Source: Octopus sinensis (taxonomy: Eukaryota). Taken from it: DNA of 64,000 nucleotides. Both the position numbers and the translations under genes were made by a program. This document shows positions 11,970-58,259 of this stretch, in pieces; positions within the stretch are counted from its first letter, which is position 1, and the number at the start of each line of letters is the position of its first letter. The stretch covers positions 52,266,001-52,330,000 of the forward strand of contig NC_042999.1 of assembly GCF_006345805.1 (NCBI RefSeq). The letters run 5' to 3'. Below the pieces are notes generated by a model, which searched no databases, was not told the DNA's origin, and was given only the letters and a program-made list of their open reading frames with translations.

Positions 11970-14629
11970 TGTGTCTGTGTGTGTGTACACACACATTTAA
12001 GAATTTGGTTTGCAAGACTCCGAATGTCAGATCGTGTGTTGTAACATTTATTGTTATATTTCGGAATGGTCATTTATTGGCAACTAGACACATGCACTAC
12101 ATATTCGTTCTTTAAGGAATAGATTGAACTCAACAGAATGATACATGTGGGATGGAAGAATCTCTGAAGAGGTCACAGATATGTAACGAAAGATTTCCAA
12201 ACAAATGACATAAGATAAAAAACAACAATAATAAACGAGTGAAGAACGAATATCTAGTGCGTGTGTTTATTTGGCAAGAAAAAGAAATGACCATCCCAAA
12301 ATATATCAATATATATATATGTATCATTATCCGACGATGGTTTACCTGACCGGAACTTCGAAGTCACAGTCAACAAGTATTCTTCACAGTTCTGGGAGAT
12401 GCCTTCATAAAGGTAACTCTTTTAAAAGCAGTCTCCCTCTCTCTTACTCTCTCTCTCTCTCTCTCTCACTCACACACTCACACACATACACACACACATG
12501 TGTGCGCACACATATCTTTCGAAATGAAAAGAAAAGTTAGGATACTTCAAAAAGTAAACTTAAGTATTTCAGAAATTCAGTCATAAACATTTACAGTTAA
12601 ACATTTAAAAAGTAACCAACAAAAAAAAAAATGTTCAATTTATTAATTTTATTAACAAAACAATTTGAACAATAACAAGAACATCAACAACAATAACAAC
12701 TTCAAAGGTGTACCTTTTCTTATTGTAGCAAGTCAAAAAGAGGTACTGAGTATGGGCCATTCCATGAGAAGAATATTATGTATATGCAGTATATGGTGAG
12801 AGAGAGGCTCTATCCGAGGAAGACATGCTAAAAAGGAAAGGGACCTATTTTGCAAAGATTATTCTTTGTAATTGGGAGGGGAATCATGTGGCATAAGAAG
12901 AAGGGTTTGAAGGAGATTTGGTTTATTCGCAGAAAGAAATGTAATTTCCCAACCGGGGCAGAAAGATAAAAGCGTCTATCTCAGCTTCAGGTTCCTTTAT
13001 TTTGTTATCTTTTTGTGTGTGTTTTATAAATTAAAACTGAAAATGAGACAAAGAAGCGTGGAAGTCTGCTAACCACATTTAGGTTCGTGTAGCAATACTT
13101 GTGTAAGTGATATAAGTGGGTCAAGTCCTGAATTACTAGTGGTGATGAGGATATTTATTTTCTTGCCAGCTTTAGGAGTCATGATATGAGCAAGAGGTGA
13201 GTGCAGAGCTCACAACAGCAAGGTCATGTGGAGAGCGAATGGATATATATAACTTCTAATGCTGCCTGAAACCAAACTACGCTGAAAATATAGTGCATTG
13301 GGGAAGAGGAAAGAAAAAGGTAAACCTGATGCAGCGATGTCATTCCAATGTTACATGTGTAAGTGTAAAGTTAAGTTCGGAAAATCTCGTGACGTGGCAA
13401 ACAGAAACAAAAGTGGAAGCAGACAGAATAGGTCTGCTACTGTTGTTCTCATCACACCAGCACTATTGACTTTTCAGAATATATTGAGTGTAAAAAAAAA
13501 AACAACCCAAAACAGAAAGTCACAGAATTTCCTTAATCTCAGCACCATCACCACTAAAGAATGGCTAGTGAGACACAATGAATTCAAAGTGTCTTCTACT
13601 ACTTCCAGCACAGAACCAATCAGATACTTCAGTCAGTCAGGAATTTTGCTTATCGTTTTGTGGTTGTGAAAAGATAATGAATTCGTTAATAAAAGTCCGG
13701 GAGAATAGAAAGAAAAAAAAAGAGCAAAAATTAAATGGACCCAGATTTAGGGTTAATAGGATATTAGAAGTTCATCATGAAGAGGAGCCAGTTCGCTTGT
13801 ACTGTCTGAACTTTAGTTTTCCGAAACAGATCCTTAAGGAAGAGTCGAAAGCATTAAAACCGGACTGAAAAGATATGCCACGTACACCGAAAGCCAAATA
13901 ATTACGAACTGCTAGAGAGGTATCTAAGCCAACATTGTGATAAGAGATCGAACATTTGGGAGGTATCGAGATGCCTTAAGCTAACATTACCCGTTTCTTA
14001 ATTTGGAGTTGGAAGAGGATAACGAATGTTCGAAGTGATAGATAAGTAGAGTTGCGAGGGAGCCATAACCCTTACCTTATTGAAGGTTCTCACTCCTTGT
14101 TGGGAACTGTTTACATTTTGGGGTTACATAGCAAACATTTTTCTTGTTTTATTTTAGATTACGCTTTAGCTCCATCACCGTTATGTTCTGAAATTCATCT
14201 CCATGACATGTTTTTTTTATTATGTATTTAAGCCCATCAGAACGTACCATCGTAATCATTATAAATAATAATTAATATTGTTAGTAGAATATATTTTAGC
14301 AGAGTGAACAACCACACTCACAGATAGGCTAAGAGGAAGCTATCTCTGAAAGGTGGCGCCCGGGTGGTGACCTCCAAGATCACCTCCATAATTTACTCTC
14401 TGACAATCGTATCTTACCCAGTCCTTGTATGCTTCCGCTTTGCGTAGAAAGGAAGTGTTCAACTCTTGAGACGGTAGATTTGTTATCTGTTCCCTCTGTA
14501 AGATCAACTCAGCATGTATCACCAGCAGCTGACACTCCTAGGTGGGGAGCAAATGTGACCTCTGCTTGCAAACGAAATTCTCCACAGATCATCTCTTTCC
14601 CGATCCAACAGTTGTGGCTCAAGATATGA

Positions 14630-15590
14630 TTAAATTTCGGCGCCTGGCATCTGGAGTATTGTCCGGTAGTCCAACTCTACCAGGTGGTCAACGTCATCGG
14701 TTGATGTCCACTCTAGCCAAATATAGAGCACTGATGGTGCATAAGTGTGATAAAATTCTTGGTAAAACACTAAGTGTCAACAAAGATGAAATGACTGACC
14801 TGTAGCAGAGGAATTTCGGACCGGACACTACAATGGATGACTTGCAAAAGGTTTAAGCCTGGTATTGCTACCGAGGAGCACTACCGGTTCGAGATGAACT
14901 GCCAGCATTCGTGACTGGCAGGAGCTGCACAGAGAGTGACAAAAGCGTACAACACGCGATCGTGCATTTTGGGAGTCATTGCCGTTTTAGAGCTATGTCA
15001 AACAAATATTATCGCGAATAGGATGGATACGGTTGTCGAACAAGTCTATAGTGAAGGCCGCGCCACTTTTCTTTTAATAAAGTTAAACAAGATTTTTTGT
15101 TCTGTCTAGTGGCTACGATGAAAATGGTCGAGTGGTGGACGAAGCTTAAAAGGTTGGGAACAGACGCTTTCTACGTATTCATGCCTTCATCGACATTTTC
15201 AAGTTCCATTTGGAAAGATTAGCGAGGGCAGAGAGGGAAATGCTCACTTGCTGTGAATTCGTCAAAAAGGTAGTGATGGTGTCGAACAGGCTAGCAGTGA
15301 ATGAAACTGCTCTAAACATACAACTGTAGAGAGAGGACATGTGTTGGCGATCAGATGATCATAGAACTGCGGGGCTCCTTCGTTGGCTTAAGTTAGAAGC
15401 TGTCTTGGGTGTGGATTATATCATCCATCTGTTCTCATAATGCGTATCCTATGTATACTATTCCCTTCATTTCTGCTCACCAATATTTCTTTTTATTTCA
15501 ACCGATAATATGTAAACTCCTGAGAAAAGTGTAACCTGCCTTTATAATCTCTCATCTTATCATACGTCCCTGTGGAAAATAGAAATCATT
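14630..15590 (+). mobile_element. Old decayed copy of the Tx1-like LINE 3' region
   Basis: GCCTGGTATTGCTACCGAGGAGCACTACCGGTTCGAGATGAACT matches 8505-8550 (GCCTGGCGGTGCTACCGAGAAGCGCTACCCGTTCGGGATAAGCT); many disruptions. Confidence 0.72.
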
Positions 15591-15608
15591 ATCAATATAT
15601 AATCAGAA

Positions 15609-15611
<3 letters not shown>

Positions 15612-15658
<47 letters not shown>

Positions 15659-15736
15659 TCATCATTATCATAATCATAATCATTATCATTATTATCACTG
15701 TTATTATAATTATAATTATTATTATTATTATTGTTA

Positions 15737-15801
<65 letters not shown>
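15612..15801. repeat. (AAT)n then (ATT)n microsatellite with a strand switch
   Basis: Read directly. Confidence 0.95.
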
Positions 15802-15809
15802 GTAGAGTT

Positions 15810-17650
15810 GACTCAGGTTCGGTCTTATTTCTAGGTGGATTTATGTGGGTAACAGGTTACTACCTTTGACCTTAGGTATTAATAAGCTTTCAATGGTCTT
15901 TCAAATGATAAGAACCCTTCCGGATAATTCTTCTGATCCTAAGCCTTAAACTTTCTATAGAAGTTCTACAGGATATTACATTCGAATCTCACTTGTCTAT
16001 ATATTTGCTTACAGTTCACAATGCACCAATTATTATAAGCACAACCTTTACACTTTTATTATTATCATTATATTACTTCTCACAGCTTTCACTGGTTGAT
16101 TCTGTGAGAGCAGACGGTTAACTGTAGTCAGATGTCTCACAGGGTCTCTTTCCGCAAACTGTAAGCTCCGGTACCTGAATGTTAACTTATCATGGAAGAC
16201 ACTCAATACCCACGTACCAATCTCAAAATCCTAGCTGTCCCCAACAGAGCAGATTTGGGGCCTTGGTCTGCACTCATATCAATCCCAATTTTTCCTCGGA
16301 TTTATCGAAACTGGTTGTTAGTGATCCGGGCGCCCATACAACTATTGGGATTACAGTTACTCTCCTCATTGCGTTCATTCTTGCAATTTCGTCTTTTAGT
16401 AGTTTGTATTTTTCCATCTTTTGCAGATCTTTTTCATTTATGACGTGTGCCTCCCCGGGTATGGCAATAGTCATGACTTTGGTTTCCTTTTTTCTTTCAT
16501 CTATCACAACAATGTCTGGTCTCTGAGCATCGATTAGGGTGTCACGTGGGATTGTAAAATCATTCAGGGTCTTATAGTCATTGTTCTCAGTGACGCTCTC
16601 TGACTTACGCTTGTACTGTTTCCTTGCTTTGCACAGACAGTACCTTTCACTCAGTCTCCAGAAGATAAACTTAACCATGAGCTCAGAAGCCATGAGAGCT
16701 AGTGTCTGGTACTGCATCAAGGCATTTATTAGTGTTGCTTTTATTATTATTAATGTTATATGTTTGTCGTTTGCTTTATATTTGCACAAGCTGGCTCCAA
16801 GTCTCACCCAGAGACCTCAAGAGACAAGTTGGAAGTTCGTGTCGGTGTTATGCCTAGGGTGCCATATATTTGGTTTTGTACTTAGTGTTGTACTAATGAA
16901 TGTCTAAAAAACCATACGAAAATTATGTTTGTTTTAAAACTTGAGATTACATGGAAAGTATTTTGCGTTGGATATGAGCAGTTCCCATGAGCACTATCTT
17001 TTGAATTTCTGCCATTTTTGGCTTTCCTGGTATCTGAGTTAGGTAGCAATCAGCCCCTTTTGCTATCATTCCCAGGGCACCCATGACAACAGGTATTGTT
17101 TTAGTATTCAGGTTCCACATTTTGCTGATTTCTATTTCCAGATCTTTATATTTGCCGCTTTCGACAGTGTTGTCAATTCTGCAATTCACATAGTTGATCC
17201 TTAACGCTTATTCTTGAGCTGCGCATATAAGTGCTTCTCTCTCTATCTTCAGGTTACTCCTCCTCATCCATTGGAATTCACATCTCTTACAAACTGACAG
17301 TACATTTTTTTCCTTCTGTACTTTTTCTTTTTTCTTTGTTAATTTCTTACTCAATCTTTTCTTTCATTACACAATTTAATGAAACCGGCCATCACGCATG
17401 TTTCAACAATGGCTCTACAGTATTTTTTTATATACCATCCTAACTTATGTTCCTCTGCTTCGATACAGTACTGACAACTAATCAAATCTTTTCCACCCTT
17501 TCTTCTGAACAAGTACAACCTATCGGTGTCACTCTTAGAATGGAAGGCTCCGTGTATTGTCAACATTTTTCTAGTCTTGGTGCTCATTTTCATCACTTTT
17601 CTCTTTTGCCATTTTTTAATTCCCGCTCCATTAATATTATTATTATTTCA
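15810..17650 (-). mobile_element. Cluster of at least 3 Dong/R4-type (restriction-like endonuclease) LINE fragments
   Basis: RPDIVVIDERKK...IAIPG...KYKLL (16274-16560); KYKDLEIEISKMW...IPVVMGALG (16947-17160); KTRKMLTIHGAFHSKSDTDRLYL (17351-17596); further relic at about 15850-16060. Confidence 0.82.
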
Positions 17651-17735
17651 GCTGTCTCAGTACCAGGCATCTTCTGGAGGCCAAGAGTAGCATGGGCACT
17701 TTTGTCTTGCAATGCATGCTAAAATTATCACCACA

Positions 17736-17741
17736 TTTATT
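17736..17741 (-). promoter_or_regulatory. Candidate DDC polyadenylation signal (AATAAA)
   Basis: First minus-strand AATAAA I noticed, about 310 nt past the stop; AT-rich context makes this weak. Confidence 0.3.
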
Positions 17742-18051
17742 CTATATTATTATTATTATTGATCCAGATACACTACGTATAAATGTAAATGGACTATAAT
17801 AATTAAAGCTGCCAATTATGATTGTTCTGTTCATAGTCCTAAAATGACTCTATGACCATATAAACTACCAAGCAACAGAAGAAGATACTGATAAAGCTCC
17901 CCACTTAAAGTTTACTGGGAAATTTCTATTATTTAAACCAAAACAAATACGATTTCTTTCTATGAAAGAACAATTTTTTTTATGAAAATAAATAAGATTT
18001 TAAAGGATTTTGTTACACTGAAAAATCTGTAACTTGATGTGAATAAATATT

Positions 18052-51146
<33,095 letters not shown>

Positions 51147-52169
51147 TTTTTGCAATCCGTATCACGGGTAAATCTATTGTCAGAAGAAAGTCGATAAATA
51201 TCAATTTAATATTTGCTTTCAAAGAATTTCTAAAATAAACAAAATTCTTGATGAATCTTGTGAATACATTGTTTGAAAACAACATCGATTGAAGGATAAA
51301 AAAATTCAGTCATTGAGAAAGAGGCAATCCAGGAAGAAATTATTACAAGCAATAAGTCTGTGATGGTAGTGCTCCAGCTCGGCCACAACGAAAACTGAAT
51401 GGCATCAAATAAAATAATACACGATGATCACTACTGTCATATGAATCTAGTGAAATGCTGAAATATTCTAAGAGTAGCGTTATTGAAATAGGAAGAATTC
51501 CTGGTTTCTGTTCGAAATCGATGTACTGGAAATCTTTCAAAATTGATAGAATTACTTGCAGCATCATTTTACAAACTCATGCATCACATGACTGGCAGCG
51601 TTGCCACCAATTCAGTTCCTATTCTTTACAAGGTGTCAGACAATAAATAAAGACCCACACAAGTAGCTGTATGAAGACATTATCGATTAAACACATATTT
51701 ACCTTTACACAGACATATGATAGACTGAAAATGTATACATTCCAAGCGTACGTTTTGATAAGCGACATTATTTCTCCCTATCTACATATTCCGGGATCAA
51801 TAAATCAAGTACCAGTTGCGTAATGGAATCTATCTAATCGACTAGCCCCCTCCCCCAAAATTTCGGGCCTTGTGCCTAGAGTAGAGGAGAATATTTCTAA
51901 TCCCCTACTCTTTAGCCGGTTGACAATTAAATCTTAAATTACATTCTTCAGTTAATGATTAGTCAGCAATTAAACCTATAATAGCATAATCCAGAATGTT
52001 TAGTAAAACAGTGAAATCATTCCTTAGAAAATAAATCCATTCAGAGATAGATTTAGAAAGATCTTGGATTAAACTATGATAAATGCTACGAATGGATAAT
52101 GATAAAGGGAATTGATCCCGCAACATCATTATCCAGCGACAATTCAATTATTCACGGTATTAATGTTTT

Positions 52170-52541
52170 TGGCGGTGAGCTGGCAGAAAAGTTAGCACGA
52201 CTTCAAATTCCGCCGAGGTCGACTTTGCTTTTCATCCTTTCGGGGTCGATAAATTAAGTACCAGTTACGCATTGGGGTCGATATAATCGACTTAATTCGT
52301 TTGTCAGTCCTTGTTTGTCTCCTCTGTGTTTAGCCCCTTGTGGGTAGTAAAGAAATATGTATTTCGTCTGTCTTTACGTTCTGAGTTCAAATTCCGCCGA
52401 GGTCGACTTTGCCTTTCATCCTTTCGGGGTCGATTAAATAAGTACCAGTTACGCATTGGGGTCGATATAATTGACTTATTCCGTTTGTCTGTCCTTGTTT
52501 GTCCTCTCTGTATTTAGCCCCTTGTGGGTAGTAAAGAAATA
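52170..52541 (+). mobile_element. Family B SINE dimer inside one 14-bp TSD
   Basis: Two SINE bodies; TSD GGTATTAATGTTTT at 52156-52169 and 52542-52555. Confidence 0.87.
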
Positions 52542-53211
52542 GGTATTAATGTTTTGAGAATTCCTCACCAACAAAATATTGGACTATCCGAGACCAGAAC
52601 AGAAAACTCTTGCTGAAACTATCACTATCGATCCTGCATCTGTATACTTAGGCATTGAACTTCTTAAGCAATTCATAGTATCTCCGTCTTTACACAGTCT
52701 TGAACCCTTCAAATACGCTGCTTAATGTATTTAAATAATTTCTGTCAATCTCCATTAAAATGAAATAGATTCTACGTTAAGCTGTATTGTGTAATTTATC
52801 TCACAAATCACGTATTGAAAATTGCCTGGAAATGACAGAGAGACTTTCTGTCAAACGTTACTCATTCAACAGTGAAATGTCTACAGTAATTCTTGGAGAC
52901 ACATTTGTCTGCAGATAATTACATTGCTGAATGTGCCGGAAATGATTCTTTGAATCTGAGGGCGACACTAGAATCTTCATTGCTTTCTTTCGCTTTCATT
53001 CTCTTTCTTTCTTTCCTTCTTTCTTTTCACTTACTTTCTTTCTTTCTTTTCTTTCTTTCTTTCTTTCTTTTTTTTCACTTTCTTTTCCCTTTCTTTTTCT
53101 CTTTCTTTTCACTTTCTTTCTTTCTCACTTTCAGCCTTTCTCGTTTTTCTCTTTTGCTTTGTAAACACACACACACAGACACAGACACACACACACACAG
53201 ACACACACAGG

Positions 53212-53250
<39 letters not shown>

Positions 53251-53368
53251 ATCACTTTTCCATGTCATTTACTGTATCCATTATATCGATTTTTCTCTTT
53301 CCTCCTCAACGAAATACAGGTTAAACTATCTATATGCTATTAATAGTGGGTTGGAATTCTATATATAT

Positions 53369-54651
53369 TGTTATGAGTTTGGCTAGTGCGGTCTTGGTGA
53401 CCCACATCGTGGATATGGTTCCAGTATGTCTGGTGAAAATGTGACAGTCTTTTGTCTAATGGAGGACTAATGGGTTTTGGAATGACCTGTGACCTTGTGC
53501 GGGTAAATTAGGGGTCGCTCTGGACACCCCTTGAATATGTCGTGAGAGAGGATGAGGGGGCAGAGAGGGACAGGCAGAGAGTGTGGTAGAGCTGTCAAGA
53601 GAGGGTAATAGGCAGCAGGCGATAGAGATAGGCAGTAAGAGAAAAGGGACAGATAGAGAGGGTAATAGGCAGCAGGCGATAGAGATAGGCAGTAAGAGAA
53701 AAGGGACAGATAGAGAGGGTAATAGGCAGCAGGTGATAGAGATAGGCAGTAAGATCAGAGAGCAGATAGAAAGGCTATAAGCAGTAAGGGACAGATTGAG
53801 AATAGAGATAGAGTATAGGGACCAGGGCAGTTAGAGAGGGTGTGAGCGGTACAGAGGGAGATGAGGGAGTGGAAGAAGGACAGAGACGAAGTGAGGTCTG
53901 GCAGTTCGTAGTTGGTCGTCAAGAAGGGCAGTCGTTGAGCGGTCGTCGAAGAACACAGACGGATCTTGCAGTCGCTGGCCGGTCCTCGAAGAAGACAGAC
54001 GGACCTTGGATTTAAGGAGCAAGCGTTGGAATTCTTGGGAGCAAGTTGGATGCGAGAAAGCTTGGCGGCACAGAAGGGAATTAGCAGTATTCAGAGGAAT
54101 TAGCAGTATTGAGAGGAATGGGACACTGGCAGATTCAATTAGGAATTGAGGTATGTGTTTGTGCATTGATATGTGTCACGGTGTATTGAACAGTGAAGAG
54201 AACAGTCAAGGACTCTGTCGATGTGGTCGATAAAGGACATTGTGAAGAAGAAGAGTAAAGGACTTGTTGATTGTGATGTTTAGGAAGAGACTTTAAAGAA
54301 CTGTTGTCTTGGGACGTGTACTCTTGAATTGTTACATGATGTTGTATTATGCTTTGAGTTGTACTCTTGAAATGCTGTTGTATTATGTATTGAGTAGTCA
54401 CGTGCATGCTTTGATGTATCTTGATGTTGTAACAATTGTAATTGTCGTATAAACTGTTGTTTGAATATAAGCCAGTGTTGCCAGTTGTTGCCTTGCCTCT
54501 TTGGGTTGTATCTCGGGTTGTGCCTCTGTATCTCTGTGCTGTTGAGGTTGTGGCAGTATCTATCTGTATCTCCTCTCTCCGCCTCTTTGGGTTCCGTGGC
54601 GGAACTTGTGTGAGCCGTTCGGGACGGGCGACGACGGGTGATTCCGTAACA
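53369..54651 (+). mobile_element. Solo LTR (Gypsy-like), 1283 bp
   Basis: TGTTA...TAACA termini, 4-bp ATAT TSD, GC-richer than the flanks, internal 57-bp repeat x2.7 (about 53598-53752), no coding capacity; strand uncertain. Confidence 0.72.
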
Positions 54652-54674
54652 ATATATATAACCTGTTATATATA

Positions 54675-55343
54675 CTAGAAGTCAACGTTATGTTCACGGT
54701 TCATGGTTGATTTGTATCAACTTTTGTATTTCTTTGTAACAACATAATCTCTCTCCATTCCTACACTAAGATCTCCCCGCCTACACTATGCACTACCCGC
54801 ACCCCCACACCATGTCCTCACCCCCCTTACACAATGCGCTCATCTCCCCACACTATGCTCTCATCTCCCCCACACTAAGCTCTCACCACCCCCACATTAT
54901 GTTCTCGTATGCTTTTACCTCGCCTATACTACGCTCTCATCTCCCCCACATTATGCTCTCCCACCCCCACACCATGCTCTTCCGGTCACCCTGACTACTC
55001 CCACCTTTCTTTTCTCTCCCTGCTGCCACACCATACCGTTCCCCTTCCACACATCTCCTTGCTCCCCATGCCATATAGCCCCTATCCCTGCACTAGACAA
55101 CCCCACCCTCAAACTTATCAAAGACAACCACCTAATCTGATATCACAATGTAAGTTCTGTTTTCATTGCAAGACGGTTCTAATGGTTCCTTTCCTGTCAT
55201 TCAAAAATTATTCTATATTCCAGCACAACTAACTGTGTATTGTGAATATTGTTGTAATTTAGCTTATATCATGCCCTATCGAATAGAACCATGAATAAAA
55301 TACTTCCAGCCACGACACTACTGCCTTTTTTGTTTGTCTAAGA
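54675..55343 (-). mobile_element. Probable decayed Helitron with internal tandem repeats of about 21 bp (54770-54985)
   Basis: Minus-strand 3' CTAG|T at 54675 with a weak hairpin; CCCCACACTATGCTCTCATCT repeats; 5' end uncertain. Confidence 0.45.
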
Positions 55344-56070
55344 CAGTATTAACCAATACCACAGCTAAATTATAACTTTTCTTGAAAATGGCTGGAATGA
55401 AACAACAATCCCTGGGTTTGCTGAGTTTACTGAGCTAATAATAAGTTGACTTTTAATACCTCTCCCCTCATTCTTTCACTTCTCCCTCATATTACATGCA
55501 TATAGATTCATTCTTCATGAAAATTTATGTTTGTAAACATAAATATTTTGCTATAACACAAAACAGTACGTTTACGTTACACAGGAGGGTTATCAAAATC
55601 TACCTCGATAGATTGCTACAATTGGAATGTAAGTAGCTAAACGGACTGGTTGCAACAATTACGTGGATAGATAGCTACATAGGACAGTTATCAATAGCTA
55701 CATGGAGACTCTGTATATTGATGAATTCACAAAGTAATCGTTTCACTAAAATTCTCTACTTTACTCGAGGAGTTTTCTCTTTTAATAGTTGGATCAAAGA
55801 TCTGATTAAGATTGAAAAAATGTCACAAAAACGAATACAATCGGTGAAATGCAATGGCTGTAAATCTAATTTGGAGAACGATAGATTAAAGGGCAAAAAA
55901 AAAAAAACCCCAGAAAAAAAACAGAGTAAATAGAGTAAGGTACAGAAGCGAACAGAAGGTAATAATTGTACAAAGTCAGAAGAAAAAGTCAGCAGAAAAA
56001 AATTACCAGATTTACAGAATAAAGATTTATTGCGACACAAATACACAGAATGTAAAAAAGATATAGAAAA

Positions 56071-56120
<50 letters not shown>

Positions 56121-56183
56121 CACTACCACCACCACCACCACCACCACCACCACCACCATCACTACTACTACTACTACTACTAC
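56071..56183. repeat. (CTA)n(CCA)n(CTA)n compound microsatellite
   Basis: Read directly. Confidence 0.96.
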
Positions 56184-57917
56184 ATACATACATACATATA
56201 CATAAACTCGATGTAGAAAAAGGAGGTTTAGTGTTAGTGAAATACTTACAAAGTATGTATGATATTTAGCAAGAGAATAAATGAAAATTGTAAAAGAAAA
56301 GTTGTAATAAAGTGAAATGAAAATTGAAAGAGAGTAAAAATAAATGGAGTTTTTATCTGATTTTGAGAGAGACGAAAGATAAACAACGAATATGTTACAG
56401 TGACTTGTAAGGATAGAGATGTATAATCGACCATAAAACAAAATTAGGTTTGTAACGCAATGACCTGTGTTCAAATCCCACAACCAACTATTTTATGTTT
56501 CTGCAATAAGAAACTAACATGAAATAGGTTCCTGTAAACTACATGAGGATGAATCCGTTTAAGCTACTATAAATTATGAAAAAGCTCATTAGTTTAACAT
56601 ATTTTACTCCATTAATTTCATTAGCTTAATATTGCTTTAACAACAACAATATCACAGTCGCTAGAACATGATACAATGTGCATAGGTCTGTACTATTGTC
56701 TCTGTGTTTATACAGTTTCTATGAGTAAATTTTATGTTTAGACCGTAGGTTGAACAACACGTGATATACTAAATAGTACTCATCTACGTCCATAATGCCC
56801 AAATGACCTTCGAAAGCGGTATCGAAGAACGTTGTCAAAAAGTCAATGTAGATATAAATATTTTTTTTCCTTCAGTAGTAATTAGTGAAAATAAAACCAA
56901 AACAATAATCAAAGGCGAGACTTGTTAATCTTCATTTCGGTTTCAACAATCGAAGTGACTAACAACAACTTCAACAATTTACTCTCTGAATTAGTTTAAC
57001 ACACACGTGTTTCTTCTCTAGCTTTTAGGAGTAACCGTTGGTAGAAATATTATCTTGTGCCATATTTTTCTGTAACAAAATGATGTTCACTGCGTATCCG
57101 GACGTATGATGATCCTGAATTCCTTCAACACGTCAAGCTACTAAACCTCGGTGTACAAATTAATCCTGTTTGCACAGAATTTCTGTTAAGTTCTTGCAGC
57201 AAAGCTTGTATCCAGTTGTTTTTGTGCTTTTTATGCACAAACGTAAGGAATATTATAAGTCACATTTTTAATCTCTGATTTGAATCGAGCGATTTCAATA
57301 TTTTCCTAATTTAGCCACAGAGAAAAAATAAGTAAGAAGAATTTTAATTAAAGAAAGCATATCGAAAGAGGAAGCTGTTATTCATGGAAGAACGGTGTCA
57401 GGTTTGATTAAATGTCATCAGCAGCGTTAGTTTCATAATGCCTGCAACTACGTCTCTCTGTTGGACTCCTGTAACTGTCAGTAATCAATAAAAAGACTAT
57501 TAGTGTCAATGTATTCCAGTACACGTATTTACGTTACACAAACATATACATCTTTACGATTGCATCTGCTTCAGTGAATACTGGAGTCTATTGAGTGAAC
57601 ACATTGCTGTGATTGGTCGTTCTTCACAGTTCAAACATGGACTATATTTTAAGGAGAAACGACAGGGAAGTGATTGTCATTATAAAGATGGACGTATAGA
57701 TGGTAGGACCATGATGTAGAATATATGAATAATTAATCACTGAGATTGGCTTTTGCCGAAGTTGGCTTTAATTAAACTGTAATATCAATTGAGTGATATG
57801 ATCGCTGCAAAGATTTCGTTGGATGTCAGTTTTGTAATGTTTCTGCAGAAAATCGAGATTACATATATATTTTTTTTACTATAGTTTCAGCTCAGAGCTG
57901 CGGCCATGCTGATGCAC

Positions 57918-58259
<342 letters not shown>

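Noticed and set aside
14352-14365. TGGCGCCCG primer-binding-site-like motif
   Set aside because: No adjoining LTR end (CA) or gag sequence identifiable.
51147-51155. ORF-track start MQK- for DDC
   Set aside because: That start is a TTG; the ATG at 51146 gives exact register with known DDCs.
55756-56483. Poly-S/G/V/L/P ORFs
   Set aside because: Translations of the (CTA)n(CCA)n microsatellite.
56900-57650. Possible DDC promoter or untranslated first exon (CCAAT at about 57612 on the minus strand)
   Set aside because: Short motifs in AT-rich DNA; cannot be supported without transcript data.
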